Assembly (NCBI GenBank): GCA_050230475.1
Contig: JBFLGF010000002.1
Span: 124,001 to 174,433 of the forward strand
DNA length: 50,433 nt
DNA from: Ancylonema sp.
Lineage: Eukaryota
Reading direction: 5' to 3'
The notes under the pieces are model-generated. The model was not told the DNA's origin, searched no databases, and was given only the letters and a program-made list of their open reading frames with translations. Below, one piece after another: positions 23,981 to 37,751 of this stretch; position 1 is the first letter of the stretch; the number at the start of each line of letters is the position of its first letter. Made by a program: the position numbers and the translations under genes.

Positions 23981-24981
23981 TCACCTATCCCTGCCCCTGC
24001 CCCTGCCACTGCCACCCCTGTATGACCCTCGCCTTCCTCCTCCTCTCCCTCCCATGTATCCCCTTCCACCTCCACCTCTGCCTCCACCCCCTCTTCCTCT
24101 ACCACCCTTGTTTGACGGGATTTGCATGTCTGCTGGAAGGGTCATAAGCTTATCTACACACTTACGATATGAAAAGTCATCTGTAGAGCCATCTGTTCGC
24201 ACCAGATAAAAGCATCGGGAAGTGAACTCAGGATGCTCACGAATTTGAAACGCTTTGATGCCAGACCCCATTTTTGTGGCCGGATCCTGATGCCCTTTCT
24301 TCAGCAGGTCCAGAAGTACAAGGTACTCATACTGGAAGCACAGCAATGGAGGTCTGTGAGTGACAGTCTTGATAACTTGCCAAGCTCCTCAATTTGAACA
24401 CCGACCACTTGTGGTCTACCATTCTCTGTATGGATGGGTCGCAGAGATCGAGAAGACATAGCTAGCTTTTCGATGTCTTTTCCTACAGTGCCTCGCCTTT
24501 TATGAGAAATTCATACGTTAACACAAGCAGTCCGTAATATTTATTGTACTATGCAGGGTGGGAGGGCTTGCAGAGGCATTGTTTTCAGATACGCACTCAC
24601 CTCGTTCAAATCGACATTTTTCGTGAAGCCGTGGCACAAGTCGTGGAAAAATTGGAACATCTCCACTGAAGTTTTGAAAAGTTTTGGCCCAAGTTGCACA
24701 GGCTCGGCGGGGAGCTTTACTTCTGGTTCGGAAGCTGCGACTGGTGTAACGGTATCTTCCGCTTCTGCCGCGGTATCTACATTGGAAACCACTGGTTCTT
24801 CAGAAGCTGTCTTTACCTTCTTTGACACTACCTCTGCTTCCTCCTCCGCTGGTCTCTTTCCGGCTAACGTGACCCCGTCATTTTTCAGAGACGCCACGAC
24901 TTCAGATTCCAGAACGGTCGGTAGAACCTCTGCTTCTGCAGGCCCATTATCCAGCTCCGGATTTGGGTTGACATCTGCCAT
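23981..24981 (-). CDS. DOMINO1/EMB514-like DUF3223-RGG protein, copy 2
   Basis: Exons 24981-24601 and 24331-23981; identical to copy 1. Confidence 0.9.
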
Positions 24982-26547
24982 CTACCTGTGTTGGCAGATA
25001 TGATGATCTCAAATTAGTGCCTGACTGCTTCGCTTGCGACTAAATGAAAGCTTTTTTTTACACCGTGCCAGCAGTGCGCGTGTTGGTGTCGTGTAAGGAA
25101 TATCTGAGGTGGATTCGCAGGTCAGGGGAAGTTTCAGACATACAGCGTGGGTTTGCCAGTGAGGTGAGCCCAGCAACGTCGCGAGTGATTGGTGTGTGCC
25201 ACGGTCTCCGCAATCGACCACAGGAGAATTGGGGCGCAGAGTTCAGCCATGATCACGAGTCCGAGTCCGACTCGCAAGAAGTTCGACTCTTGCGGGTCCG
25301 ACATTGGGTTAACCCGGAGCGTTCGGGCAACACCCCAGCATCGGCTGTGATCCAGCCTCCAGCCTCGGGTGAATACCTACCAACATCGGCTAGGAACATC
25401 GATTGGCCTTCTATTGGGAAAAGGGTCGTATTTTGATTTTGGTGAAATGATGTAAACAAATAACCTAGGCAAGCTGGTTAGGTAGTTTGGGACTAGATCG
25501 CAACATTCGGATCGGAATCGTGTGCAAACTATGTGGCATCTACTGTGTTGAATAATAGCTTGTTTCATGCAAAACGTCTTGCAGGTCCACTATGTCACAA
25601 CAAGCTGCCATCACACTCAAGTTGAAGCTTCATTACCGAATACCGGTCATGTGACGTATACTCGTATTTTAGTTTTTTCTATATCACATATATTATTATC
25701 ATGTATGATTCGTATCATCTACAAGACGAATTGTGTTGTCCATGAATTCCTTGGTGTTGTGCAATGTTTACATTGTGGGGTATTTGTTACATTCCAAGGA
25801 AGAGAGTCACAACTCGCCTTTGCATCGTTAGCTGGCAGTCGAGGTCACACAAGTGTCATAAACCATGTCAAAAATTGTCATTGTTTCTTCGACAAGCTAG
25901 AATGATATTTATGAACAATCCTTTGGCAAAAAAGTTGCATGTGTTGCCATATGCAATCGCATTTGTTCTTTCAATGCAATAGTATATTGTGTTCTCACAT
26001 TAATTGATGGTCTTACACATAGAAATACACACATAATGTGTACTTCCACTTTTATTTCCCCTTTACTTGGCATGAATAGCGAATCCCTTGACTCAACTCA
26101 GCCTCAAAATACACCTTCCCAAACCCTAAACTATTCTCAATCCCCATTACAAGGATAAGGCAGTCCCCACCAATTCTTGAATATGAACTCTCCGATACTG
26201 ATCGAATCATAATCACTCAACGAAAATGCTTTCAGACATTACATCCTACACGAGAAATCTTTTCACATATAAGGTTTGCAAGCTTAATGTTCTGATCTGT
26301 ATCCCTCCCTTGATGGAACAAAGGAGAGCCTACACAGAATGGATCATCTCCATCCCACTACTAACGTTCAATCTGATCAAATCACCTCCCTAACAATGTG
26401 TTATCTCATGAGCTCCCAGCTCCCATCGAGCATACTAAAGGTAAGAGGTCATATCTGCACACAAATGTCTCGTGCTATTCTCGACACATGCAAGCTGCAG
26501 CACATTGTTGCTACACCAGCATGGGTGCCAAATACTGAGAGCCCCGG

Positions 26548-28688
26548 TTATCTACGCAGTCGCACGTTGAGCATGATCTGCTCCTTCTCCCCCGGCAGTT
26601 CCACTCCCTGTGGCACCCTGAGGGGCACCTCATAATCTCCGATCACGTCCATGGTTTGTGACATCACTAGATTACCGGACCCCAACTCTATCCCCAATTG
26701 CCGTTGCACCTGCACTTCCACAGAATGGCAAACTCACGTGCCTTTCACACATACTCAGCGCAGGTGAGGGGCGCAAGAACCAAGAGAGAAAAAAGAAAGG
26801 GCACAACTACGTTGGATCGAAATATGCATAAATTCGGGCATTCGACCAAAGCCCGACAGCCAAAGCTTCCCCTTTCTTGTACGCAGTCCGTAAATACCTC
26901 ACTCATCTGGAACAAAATAGATGGATCAAGAGCAGTGCTGTAAGCACCTCTTTTATGATGTCAGCAGCGCTAACAGGAGGGTCCACCACATTCGACTTCT
27001 TTGCCGTTGTCCTCCGACTGGACTGCACACAAGCACGCAGCAAGAAGCGATTCATATCGCTTTTCCACTCCCCAATCACCGCTGCAATCGTCTGGATCAT
27101 ATCCGCATCAGTCAAACGAATCACTTCTTCATCATCCACATTTGACAGCCCATATAACAAACAAGCCTCCCACCCTTTCCTTTACGTTGGAGATGAATCT
27201 CACCAGTCTCCCCACATCCAGCCTCCGCATCACTTCTGCAGCTTCCCTGAAGATGTCCGCATCAGAAGCAGGACCAGCACTGGCCTTTACAGCTGCTTTC
27301 TCCTTCTTGGCAGTCACAGTCCACCCTAGAGCCTGCCACGGCAGATCACCTTTTGTTTTTCAACTCTTAGCATGTACCACGGAGGTTGACAACACATCCA
27401 AGTCCTCCCCATGAAAATTCTGGCCCACGGTCTATCCCAAAATGAAACCCGTTTCAGATCTGCTGCCATGCACACATCCCCTGCGTGAACAATTATGTGT
27501 CCTTCAGCTCCTTTTGATCCCCAGTTTTCCACACCTCTCGTTGGGCCTCCACCTCCTTCAAATACTTGGGCACTGCTGGGAGAGCTAACTTCTGAGGCAG
27601 GAGCATGTTGCGAGCGAAGCCAGGAGGCACATTCACGACTGTACCAGGCTCACCCAACCCTTCGACTGGCTGCAAAGGGAAGCAAGATACTCAACACTCA
27701 ACATTCAGTCTTTGCTTCACCACCATTAGAGGTGTGAAGAGAGACTATCTTCCAACTTGCTGAAGATCACAGTGAATCCTGAATAGGTGTAGACAGACAT
27801 TGTCGCATCCTTCAAGCTCAATGCCCAGTTTGACCTCGCCTAGGTTTCTGATGAGCCGGGCATGAATGAATCCCGAATACCAGAGATAAGCGTCACACGA
27901 ACTTAAACTTGAAAATATGCCAGCAAACAGTATTTCTTTCTGAAGATTTTTATACTACTATTTCAAGATCCTTCTCGCCCACACAATTGCTGCTGTAAAT
28001 ATTGGAATGGAGTCCATGACAACTGGAACGAGGCGTGGAGGAAGGTTTTGATTGTGAAGTCATGGCCCCTTGGCGGCAAATTCTCGGGATTCTGCTTATA
28101 ATACAAGGGTTTGACACTTGGGTCGCCCAGTGGATAGCTTACGGCAATAAGGACAACAGATACTTTGGCCTTGCTGGCTCGGAATTCCCGCGATGGTTGG
28201 AACCAATGAGCAAGCGAGCCAGAGAGCTGCAAGTGGAACAAGGGGCGCAGCGATGAATGGACATGAGGAAGTTGAACAAGTAATGCTGGTGCTACCCACT
28301 CGTGTTTCCTGTTACAGATGGACTACACGCGATCATTATTTTCAAAGGGACGTAATCGCATCGCTTTTGTAGTGGTAAAATTATTCACCAGGATTCGTAG
28401 GCAGAAAATCTTGCGTATTTCTTGACAGGGTTCCTGTACCTCGAACCTCTCAAGCAATAGGTACAGGCATTTATGCAATTTATCCTCTTTTGATTGTGCA
28501 GCAGCACGTGATGTAAAATGACCAGCATGACATCAATTTTCCGAAACTTGAGGCTGCGTTACATATTTTATTTCTTTTTAGAATGTTGTGTAAATCTCCA
28601 GAACTGCGGAAGACATGATAAAATTATGGACCTGATTTGACGCGGGACGCAGGCACCTGGAGGCCGCCAAAATGCGGAATCTGACCAT
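26548..28688 (-). CDS. Ribosomal protein bL9 (probably mitochondrial), copy 2
   Basis: Same six exons as copy 1 at +14862. Confidence 0.88.
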
Positions 28689-28807
28689 GGAGACCGCAGA
28701 CGCCAAATTGGGGAGGAGGGCGGCAAACAATGGCGGTGTGATTACGAGATACACTGGGAGTACTGAGAGTAGCGTCGCCGAGTACATAGGCGGTCTGAAA
28801 ATGGATG

Positions 28808-29292
28808 CAGTGAATACTCGTTATAGGCACGCCTTTGGGACATGGGAAATGTGCGCCTATAACGTGGTTATGTCTGTAACCTGTATATGCGTTGTAGGCA
28901 CGTTTGCTAGGTGGCCCTCAGGTCAGTTATGCCTGTAACGAGGGAAATCCAAAAAAAATCTCCCAGATCACGGGAACGGCATCTGTCATGTCGGTGTACT
29001 TTTTTTGTTATGCAATTTCGGCTTATTGGCCAATTGGCGCGTGAATAAGTACAGATTCATTATGACCACTCTCATTGACGATGATGACGTTCGTCTTTTT
29101 TCCCCCCGGTTCCTAGTCGACGTCGGCACGTGTTATATAGGCACCAGATTATCCTTTACTCTGTGCCGATAATGTGGTGTGCTGGTGCCTATAACGAAGA
29201 CAATTTGGCGGGAAATAGTTCGGTACACACGATTTTGGTGCCGATAACTCAACTGTGCCTATAAAAAGTATGCCTATCACGAGCATTTACTG
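28808..29292. mobile_element. pogo-like MITE, copy 2
   Basis: Identical to 13946-14430. Confidence 0.7.
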
Positions 29293-29410
29293 TATACCCT
29301 CAGGCAAAACGACGGCGGTTTCGTCACGTAGAACGACATGAAACTCGATAAAGCGGAAACAACCCAACGTATCCGGTTCCCGCGGATATGACCCAAAAGA
29401 GAAAGCCCAA

Positions 29411-29536
29411 AAGCACGTTCTTGTCGAGATGGGATTTCCGTCGTTTTTCAATAATATGCAATTCTCTTGAAAAGGGAGAAGAATTGTATAATATTGAAAA
29501 ACGACGGGAACCCCATCTCATTCCAAGAGCGTGCTT
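29411..29536. mobile_element. Foldback/MITE-like hairpin, copy 2
   Basis: Identical to 14549-14674. Confidence 0.75.
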
Positions 29537-30250
29537 GTAAAGAAACTACATGTCCTAAATAACGACAAATATGTGAGCCGATCGTACCAGACAAAACTAG
29601 CAACCAAAAAGACTTATCCTCTGAGCGCTAACGTTATGATTGATCCCAACAGGGACCCAACAGAACTGCTCCTAGTTTCATGTCGAGTTGGGACCCGAAA
29701 GTGAAAGCTACGGCCGTCCCAAGCGGGCCCCAATGAATTGTGCCAGGTCGCATGCGAGTTGGGACCCGACGAGCGCCACTTCTTGGGTCCCAACTCGACA
29801 CGATTATTGAGCCCAAAAATGCGTCCCAAGCGGGTCCCAAGACGATCAAAGTGGATTCGTGGCCCAATCAAATTGGTTCACGAACCGTATGAAATCCGTA
29901 TTGCCTCTACGCGGACGTGACCTGACCTACCCTGCTGCTATTGCTCCTTTGCTCCTTGGATTATATTAATCCCCGCGGCTAATAACTCCTATGGTGAGTT
30001 TTATTCGAACTAACTTCCGTTTCGTCCAGCTTCAATACTTAGACAAAGATTCTGCCTAGTCCTACACTTTTGGAATTCAGACTTTATGGACTAATTTAGG
30101 CGTTATGCGTTTGGTCATATAAATGAATGTAGCTTGAGTCTTACTCAACAAATTGAAGGGCTTCATATTCCATTTTTCTTATTTGAACAGGAGCTTGTAT
30201 CAGGCAAAAAACTCGGCGGTCTGATGTTGTGCTACTTGTCTACTCGTCTG

Positions 30251-31519
30251 TGTCGTAGCGTTAAGCATCGTGCCCCATTCACACATGTAATCCATTCGAT
30301 ATAACGAACATTGTTATTATGAGTATGAATCCCGTGCGAATTATGTGTCGTCTCATCACATGAAGTGTTCACATATGGAATCATGACCTAGTCGAGGTCC
30401 GCCACACACACGTGCGAGCTAATAAATAACATTGTACAAGCATCGCGCAAGTCTACCAAATGTCAAATATTATTTTCTAGTCTACCTATGGCAAGGCGTT
30501 GCCGTTGGTCTGAACGTAGAGTGTTCGAAACTTGTGAAAGGTATAAGATTGCAATGCACGATCAAACGAGATCTGAATGAATTCACACAATCGAGAAATA
30601 ACAGCCGAACACAATGAGAATTGGATGGAAGATGGTATTGAATTACTCAGCGGTTTCCGAGGAGTGATAAGACCGATTGAGGGCTGATCACTCAGGTTAC
30701 AGAATTTATAAAACTCAGCTTAGCAAACTATGCTAGTTACAAGGAAGCTACCATTCCCGCCGTATCGACTTACGGCGCCGGCTCGGCGGTTTTAGCTAGC
30801 CGACTTACCAGTTTATCCAATCACAAACTAGCACACTAGGACAGGTGGTGCAACATGCTTTACTCGAGCTGAGAAGATGTTAAACTAAGATACTGTAGTA
30901 GTGTCGTACGTGCACAGCTACTGACCAGTATCCGCATAAGTCACAAAATGGCCCTCCACGCCTTGTCGCCTTCCCGCAACTTAGATGCTACGGCGCCTTT
31001 AACGAGATGCGAATATTGCTAGTTGCTGACGGAGGAACTTGTACGCTGAGCTGAGCCGACAGTGGTCTGGTAACGCAGCTGTCAGTACAGTCCGTCCTTA
31101 GTGCCGCCAAATGTGCCGTAGGTGGCGGAACAATGATACCGTTCGGTCTAACTAAGGCCTTAAATCCCTTTTACGTCACTCATGACAAATCCGTCCAAGG
31201 GACACGTGTCACTTCAAAACATTTCGATAAGTAACCACGCGCATTCCGACTTTGAAATATAGTCGGGAATATCCGTACCCGTGCTACATCACCGAATAAG
31301 TGCATCCGCTATACAAGCACTTCTACCTAATAAGCGTTGTCAGCGTTATAAGCATCTCTGAGCATATAAGCACACTTCACCGTTTAGGCGTTTTCACCAT
31401 ATAGGTCCTCTCACCGTATAGACACACTTCTAATAAAGGCATTCTTACTTCATAGGCGCTTCTCACCGTATAATCGCTAATCCTCGTTATAAAGGCACAC
31501 GATCTCATCTTGTCCGACA
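30251..31519. mobile_element. Probable solo LTR, copy 2
   Basis: Identical to 15389-16657. Confidence 0.7.
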
Positions 31520-32221
31520 TCTGCTTTTGTGCTACTCGTCTACTCGTCTGGAGCTGCTCTTGCTCTTGCTATGAGATCAATACGATTGGCTCAGCGTGTC
31601 CGATTCAGTGATGATCAAGGAGACCGTGATGCAATGTTGCGCCCAGATAGAAGAAAACGCGAGGCGTCGAAGCTGCAACTGGCTGGCTAGCTATATTGCA
31701 TCAAAAAACTCTATAAAGCGTGCCTCACAGCACCGCTGCTTCCTTGCTTCATGCAGTCAGTCAGTCACGATACAACGTCTCGACACAGTGACGTCGACAA
31801 CCGTACCCGGATAAAGGCAGGTCACCCAAACGTAAAATAAATAATTATGAACCCGTTAAGTCAAACCTTGGGAATAACCCGACAATATTCCCATATCAGA
31901 GTTGAGGTACGGAGGGGAAATTGACGCGCGAATTCGAGTCGAGTTAGTGTTGCTCGGGCCTGGTCATAACTTCAACAAAAAGGACTCGGACCCTGTTGGG
32001 ACCGAACACCGACGTAGCGCCAATTACGCCAATTCTCGGTCCCAATAGGACAGGTTAACCTGTCGAGTTGGGATCCTGTTGGGACTAGTCATAACAATTG
32101 CTCTGCCTGCTACACTTTTACTTGTACTGCTTTATTTTCTGGTGACGTCGGTGTTGACCGATAGTTCAGGAAAAGGCATTCTGATTCCTGACAAGCCATC
32201 CCCCTGGCTTCCCGTTCCCGG

Positions 32222-34947
32222 ATGCTGATGCAGCGGGAGCTCCGCTGCACCCATCACGACATGGATTCCTTCCTCAGCGGTCTGGGCATGGATAATCAGA
32301 ATTTGTCGACTCCCAAAGGCGAGGCACGGGAGGGGCCGTCTGTTGAAGACTGGATTGCATCACCGTATTCCGGTCCAGACCAACTCGCCCGTGTAGAAGC
32401 GTACAATGCCACTCTACTGGCTAGTCCCGCTTTTCGATTCGCGGCGGAGGGGGAGGGTCCGCCCGGGTTGTCACTTCCTCTTGACACCTGGCCCCCTCAA
32501 GAATTCGCTCATAGAGAGCCCGCGGGGTTTGTAGGAAATTCCACAAAGGCGATGTTTGGTAGTCAGTGGGGTTCTGAGGGAGGGAGACGGGAAGGTAGCG
32601 GGGCGGTTCCGAGTGGGGCAGGCATGGCCGATAGCATTTTCAGGAATGTCGGTTGCCAGCCTTCGATATTACACGACGGGGGCACACTACGAGGGTCTGC
32701 TTTCGGAGACGGAAGGAGCGACACCGTTGATGTGAAAGCTGTCAATCGTAGCCATTTGACTCAAAAGCGGTACCGGGAAAAGCAAAAGGTACTGTTTTGA
32801 CAAATTCCGAGACCAACTCAGGACACATCCGTCTTTCGTACACGTTTCGGTCACCCGAATTTAGCTTAGCAGCATGCGTGTCCATGCCAGGTAATCAGGT
32901 GGATGAGAATGCAAGCTGACTCACGGATTCCGTTTTGTGCATTCCATGTGTTTGCAGGCAAAAACTGCAGACTTGGTGACGCGGGTGGAGCATTACGAGG
33001 TGAAAACGCAGGCCCTGCAAGATCAGAAGGCGGACCTGATCGGGCGGAACAAGATGCTGCTGGAGCTGCTACAGGAACGGGACACCCAAATCGCAGATTT
33101 GCAAGCGGGGCGGGGCATGCGCCCCGCTCATTCTCTCACTGCTCATCCTGCGGTACGCTCCGCTGTCAGAGTGTGGTAGCATGTGACATTAGGCATGTGA
33201 CATGTGGCATGTGGCATGTGGCATGTCACGGGGCATTCCGGGATGGATTGTGGACAACATTAATGTCCATAGCGACCTTGGTAGCAAGTGAGGTGGCTCC
33301 TTTGTGACTGGCCTCTACCTTCCTACTGATAGCAAGCCATTTGATTCCACCCACCCTATCCATCCTTTGTGACTGGCCTCTACCTTCCTACTGATAGCAA
33401 GCCATTTGATTCCACCCACCATATCCAATGTGATGGGCAAATACATGAGCAACTGCCACCAACTAAAATGGGGCTGCTGCACCTGATTAAAATGTAAAGA
33501 CCCCGTCTATTATTGCCAGGCCCCTCTGCAGTACGGACTAACTGTCACCCCCTTTGCCTCCTGCAGTCACAGCCTGACCCTGACGGCACCTCCCACTCTG
33601 ACGCCTCCCAGCAATCCCCAGCAGAGGGTCTGGCTGAGTCCCTCTCTGTGGCACTCACACTGACTGTGGCTGACAAGCCCATCTGCTTGACGCAAGAGCA
33701 GGTGCGAGGGAAGGGGAGGTGGTCATATCCAACATAACACCTGCCTCGCTTCGCTCTACTTCTGCAAGCAGAGAGCAGCCACAGTGGCAGAAACAGATGG
33801 CAGAAATATCGACCGTTTTCTGTTTCTGTTTCTGCCGACTGAGGGTGGTGCAGATGAGGGCGATGTCACCTGCGAACTTGGCGAAGTTCTGGAAGGAGTA
33901 TGTGGCGAAACTTGCCCTCCTGCTAGTGGCTGCTGAGAACAAGGGCGCTCCAGACCACCTTTTACAGAGAGTGGATCAGCTGACGGAGGAGGCGCTGGCC
34001 ATCATGACCTCCTTCTCTCACCCCAACCCCATTTCCACCAAACAATTCGTGTCTCAGAAAGTGGAGGAGGATCAGGGGATCTTTGCCAGGTCAGCAGGGG
34101 GGGCTCTATGGGTATCAGAAGTAGAGTTTTGGGAATGAAATTTTTGTATGCGTCATGCAGTGTGTGAAGCCACGCGTGCTTGTGCACCTGTGTGCCTATG
34201 CAAGATGTGCCTGAGGGGCAAAGAGGCGGGGGACAGCCTGTTTCACGAGACTAACCGCCACACCTCATCCTCAACATCGCTTCAGACCCAACTTTATTCC
34301 ATGTGAGGGGGGTACCAGGGAGGAGAGCCACGAGGCGTGGCTGCAGACGGCGGAAAGCCTGAGCCTCACCCCCGGGCAGCAGGCGGAGGTGAAGCAGCTC
34401 AGGGACACCTACCTGGGCGACATCGACGGGGTTCTTCTGCGGCGAGCAGAGGCTGTGAGGGAGCTGGTGGAGAGCGGGAGCCACCGAGTGAGCATGAGGA
34501 AGGCCGCACTCTTCTATCTCAAGGTGGGGGGAGGGTGGGGGCAAGGGTGGGTGGTGGGGAGTGCCGTCAACAAGCAGGTGTCGGTTTTGGGGTATGGCAG
34601 ACCTGCACAGCGCAGGCGAGTATTCAGAAGTTGATGGAGGAGGAGGTGCTTCTCATCGTAGCGTTTGTGCGCAAACTTTTTGGGGAAGTAAGCCATACCA
34701 CCCTCCAGCCCCCACCCTCTGACCTCCAGCCTCCACTCTCCATTCACCTCCCATCCGCCTTTGGGTGCTGCAGGTGCTGACACCTGTACAACGGGCTCGC
34801 TACATGGTGCAAGCCTACCCTTGGATCCCAGACCACTTGGCATTTGCTACGGCCGTGGCGGCGCTAGGGGGGGATGCGGAAGCCAGGCAGAGTCTGCAGA
34901 TGCTGCACCGCGATTGGTCCATAGCGGCTGACAGCTCGAGCATGTGA
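32222..34947 (+). CDS. bZIP transcription factor, copy 2
   Basis: Same seven exons as copy 1 at +14862. Confidence 0.85.
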
Positions 34948-35630
34948 ATGAATGGCAGACGCGCGTCTGGGATTGAAAAACACACTTTCTTCATCCACGG
35001 CTGAGTTTAACGGTTTATATAGGTCAGCGCATATTTTGAGTGCTGTACTTGGCAGAAACAGCAAAGGGATGGGAATAGAGAGGGGCTGCTGATTTTTCTG
35101 ACCTGTGCGCAAGAAGGTAAAATGAAATTCTTTTGACTCGAGGGATCTGTCTTTTGCATCAACAACTTTTTTTGAGGTGAATTCGGGATAGGGGGGAGTA
35201 CAAGAGGCAGGGTTACTTTCCCGGAACACAGCATGCGACTGAAGGAAATGTGCATCTGCGCGTCACCTTTACCTAGGGCCAGCTAGTGCATGGTGCTTAT
35301 TCAGCCGAGACTCCACTCGGAGCCTCTGACGGCATTCTGAATGATCTTGGATATGGTGCCTTATTACAGGCTGATTTATATGTAAATCGTCCACATTAAT
35401 GGAAAAAGAAGTGCTTACTGACCCCCCACACTAATCCCCTCTTGACAAGTCGACCGGACATAAGTGTTGTGATGGAAACAGTATATGTGTGATGGTACTT
35501 TCATACTTTGCTGATCATATCCACATTGCCGAGCGTGGCACTTCTATCCTAGTGATGTGATGGGATGGGATGTATGAGCACACAACACAATGAATTGTGT
35601 TGTATTCTTCAGTGGTTACTACACATGGTC

Positions 35631-36488
35631 CAAGAGATGGATTTAACACGACTGTACATAGCAGTTTTACTTTTTTTTTGACGGCATCCGCATGTAGCGC
35701 TACCAAGTTGCATCACTTCCAACTTTATTGCCTACATGCAAAATATGAATAATTCATAATTTTATTGGTACTCTATGGTCACGTATGGTATAATATGGTA
35801 CAATAGGGTACAAAATTGTAAAATATTGTTGGTATGGTACAATATATAGCATATCAATGATATCAATGATGAGGAAGAAAGGATTTTCCTATATGGTCAA
35901 GTCAAATGCCATGTCGCCATGATTTCGTTTTGCCAAATGGACATTTTGGGTTTTGCCGACCCGAAACAGGTTCAGAAACCTTATCGCCGATTTGTGAAAT
36001 ATTCCTTATGCCGACCACACTCCCTCAGAAAGGAGCTGAAAAGCTGTGTTACGGTTTTTTCCAATAGCCGTTAAATAAAAAGGAAATGTAAAATACGCAA
36101 GTGCGTGCGTAATTATCAATGTAAATTACGGGGGTCCGACCCCGCATGACGTCATTTTCGAACTCCAAATTACGGAACTTCTGCGGGAGTGGTTTAACTC
36201 GTTTAACTCCAGTCCCTGACGCGGTTATGACTGCAGAGATTTTGGACCGGAAATTCGTTTGCAAGTCGGAACACTGCGGAAATGGAAGCTTGCTCGCTGC
36301 GCCCATTCCAATCGCGTCTCTACACAACCATCCAGCAGCAACTTTGTTCAGTGTCAAGGCGATCATTTCGGGTGAGGAACCTTTCAACCGTAGCCATGGG
36401 TGTCGAGAAGGAAGTTGTACGCCCCGGCAATGGCCCGACGCCGGTGAAGGGACAGAAAGTGACAGTGCACTGCACAGGCTACGGTAAG
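35631..36488 (+). repeat. Exact duplicate of 6103-6960 (copia 3' LTR tip + TSD + FKBP12 promoter + exon 1)
   Basis: caagagatggatttaaca-cgact-gtacatagc...; offset 29528; no differences seen before 36489. Confidence 0.95.
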
Positions 36489-37751
36489 GAAAGAAGAATG
36501 TCTTGCGAAGAGGATCCATTGTGTTGGATGATTCGTCAACATTCATTTTTCTAAAAGCATTAATATCAGGTTCTGATAGGGTGTTTGAAAGGAGTGCAAC
36601 ACACCACTGCAGCTGCCAGGAGAGAAAGTCTAAAAGATCACCGCTTTGCACAAGTGATACCTGCATGATGTGTGACTCGATAATGCTGCAAGATCCATAT
36701 TCTAATGGCTGGAATACATAAATTCCTTTGTGCAGGCACGAACCGGGATCTTTCACAGAAATTTTGGAGGTAACGCATCCTCATATTTTTTACCACTTGG
36801 AAATTGAGAACGGTGTCGAGGACTCGTCAAAAATCGCTTTTCTGTGAAGCAAAATAATGTGCCATTGTTGGATTTGCTATTTGGCTGGCTGTTTGGTTCT
36901 ATGCTGCCGCAGCAGTGGTCATGTAACGTAGGAACAAATCCCTTTCTTCTCCTGCCGGTAATTTCTCGTTCTTCGTCTTTCTTTTGACTTGATCACAGAA
37001 TCTCAATATTTGTGCTTGACTGCATTTGTTCACCCGTGGCAAAAGTCCCTGTCTCAAATTAAAACTTGATTGCCTGTTCAGCACCAAGGATCCGGGACAG
37101 AAGCCTTTCGAGTTCAATGTAGGACTGGGCAGCGTCATCAAGGGTAAGATGACCCGAAAAGTGCCTCACCATATACATCGGACCAGCACAACCAAAAACA
37201 AGCACACTAAATACCTATATCCACACATGAATTCTCAAATCATTATTTTATCATCACCAAGTGTACTTTCTGTGTGTGGTATAGTCTGCACTGCGCGCCA
37301 ATGTAAAAATCCTACGATGACTTCTGTGTCTGATATGATTCATCCCTGTGAGGTGCAGGTTGGGACGAGGGTGTCCTGGGCATGAAACTTGGAGAAGTTG
37401 CCAAACTCAAGGTGGGGAAAAAGTGGTGGTGGAGTTATGCATTGTTAACACGTCATGTGGTTGGTTGCGGCAGAAAGGGAGTCAACAATGTTAGAAATCT
37501 CTCTTGCAGGGAAGTCTGTGCACCCCGGCATGCAAAGTCTCGACATGAGTGACGATTGTTGTCATCTGAGTATAGGTTATGTGCGACGTTTTTTAAAGCA
37601 TATCATTTTGTTGTCCTTGATTGGTTCATTGTGCGATGTGTGGGTGCAGTGTACACCTGACTATGCTTATGGTGCCGGAGGATTCCCAGCCTGGGGAATC
37701 CAACCAAACTCACACTTGACCTTTGAAATTGAGGTTCTTAAAATAGAGTAG
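36282..37751 (+). CDS. FKBP12: FKBP12, copy 3 (chimeric: exon 1 of type 1, remainder diverged)
   Basis: Exons 36396(or 36282)-36483, 36736-36769, 37082-37143, 37359-37411, 37650-37751; two replacements in exon 2 (GTNRDLSQKFW), otherwise synonymous changes. Confidence 0.93.

Larger units (their letters stand above)
21585..35631 (+). repeat. Segmental duplication core B, copy 2 (apparently identical to 6723-20769)
   Basis: Starts ...aatacact|aaattcgtttgc (=6723) and ends ...acatggtcc (=20769); constant offset 14862. Confidence 0.95.

Noticed and set aside
36049..36756. 235-aa minus-strand ORF unique to copy 3
   Set aside because: Antisense across FKBP12 intron 1, exon 1 and promoter; broken in copy 1; no domain.
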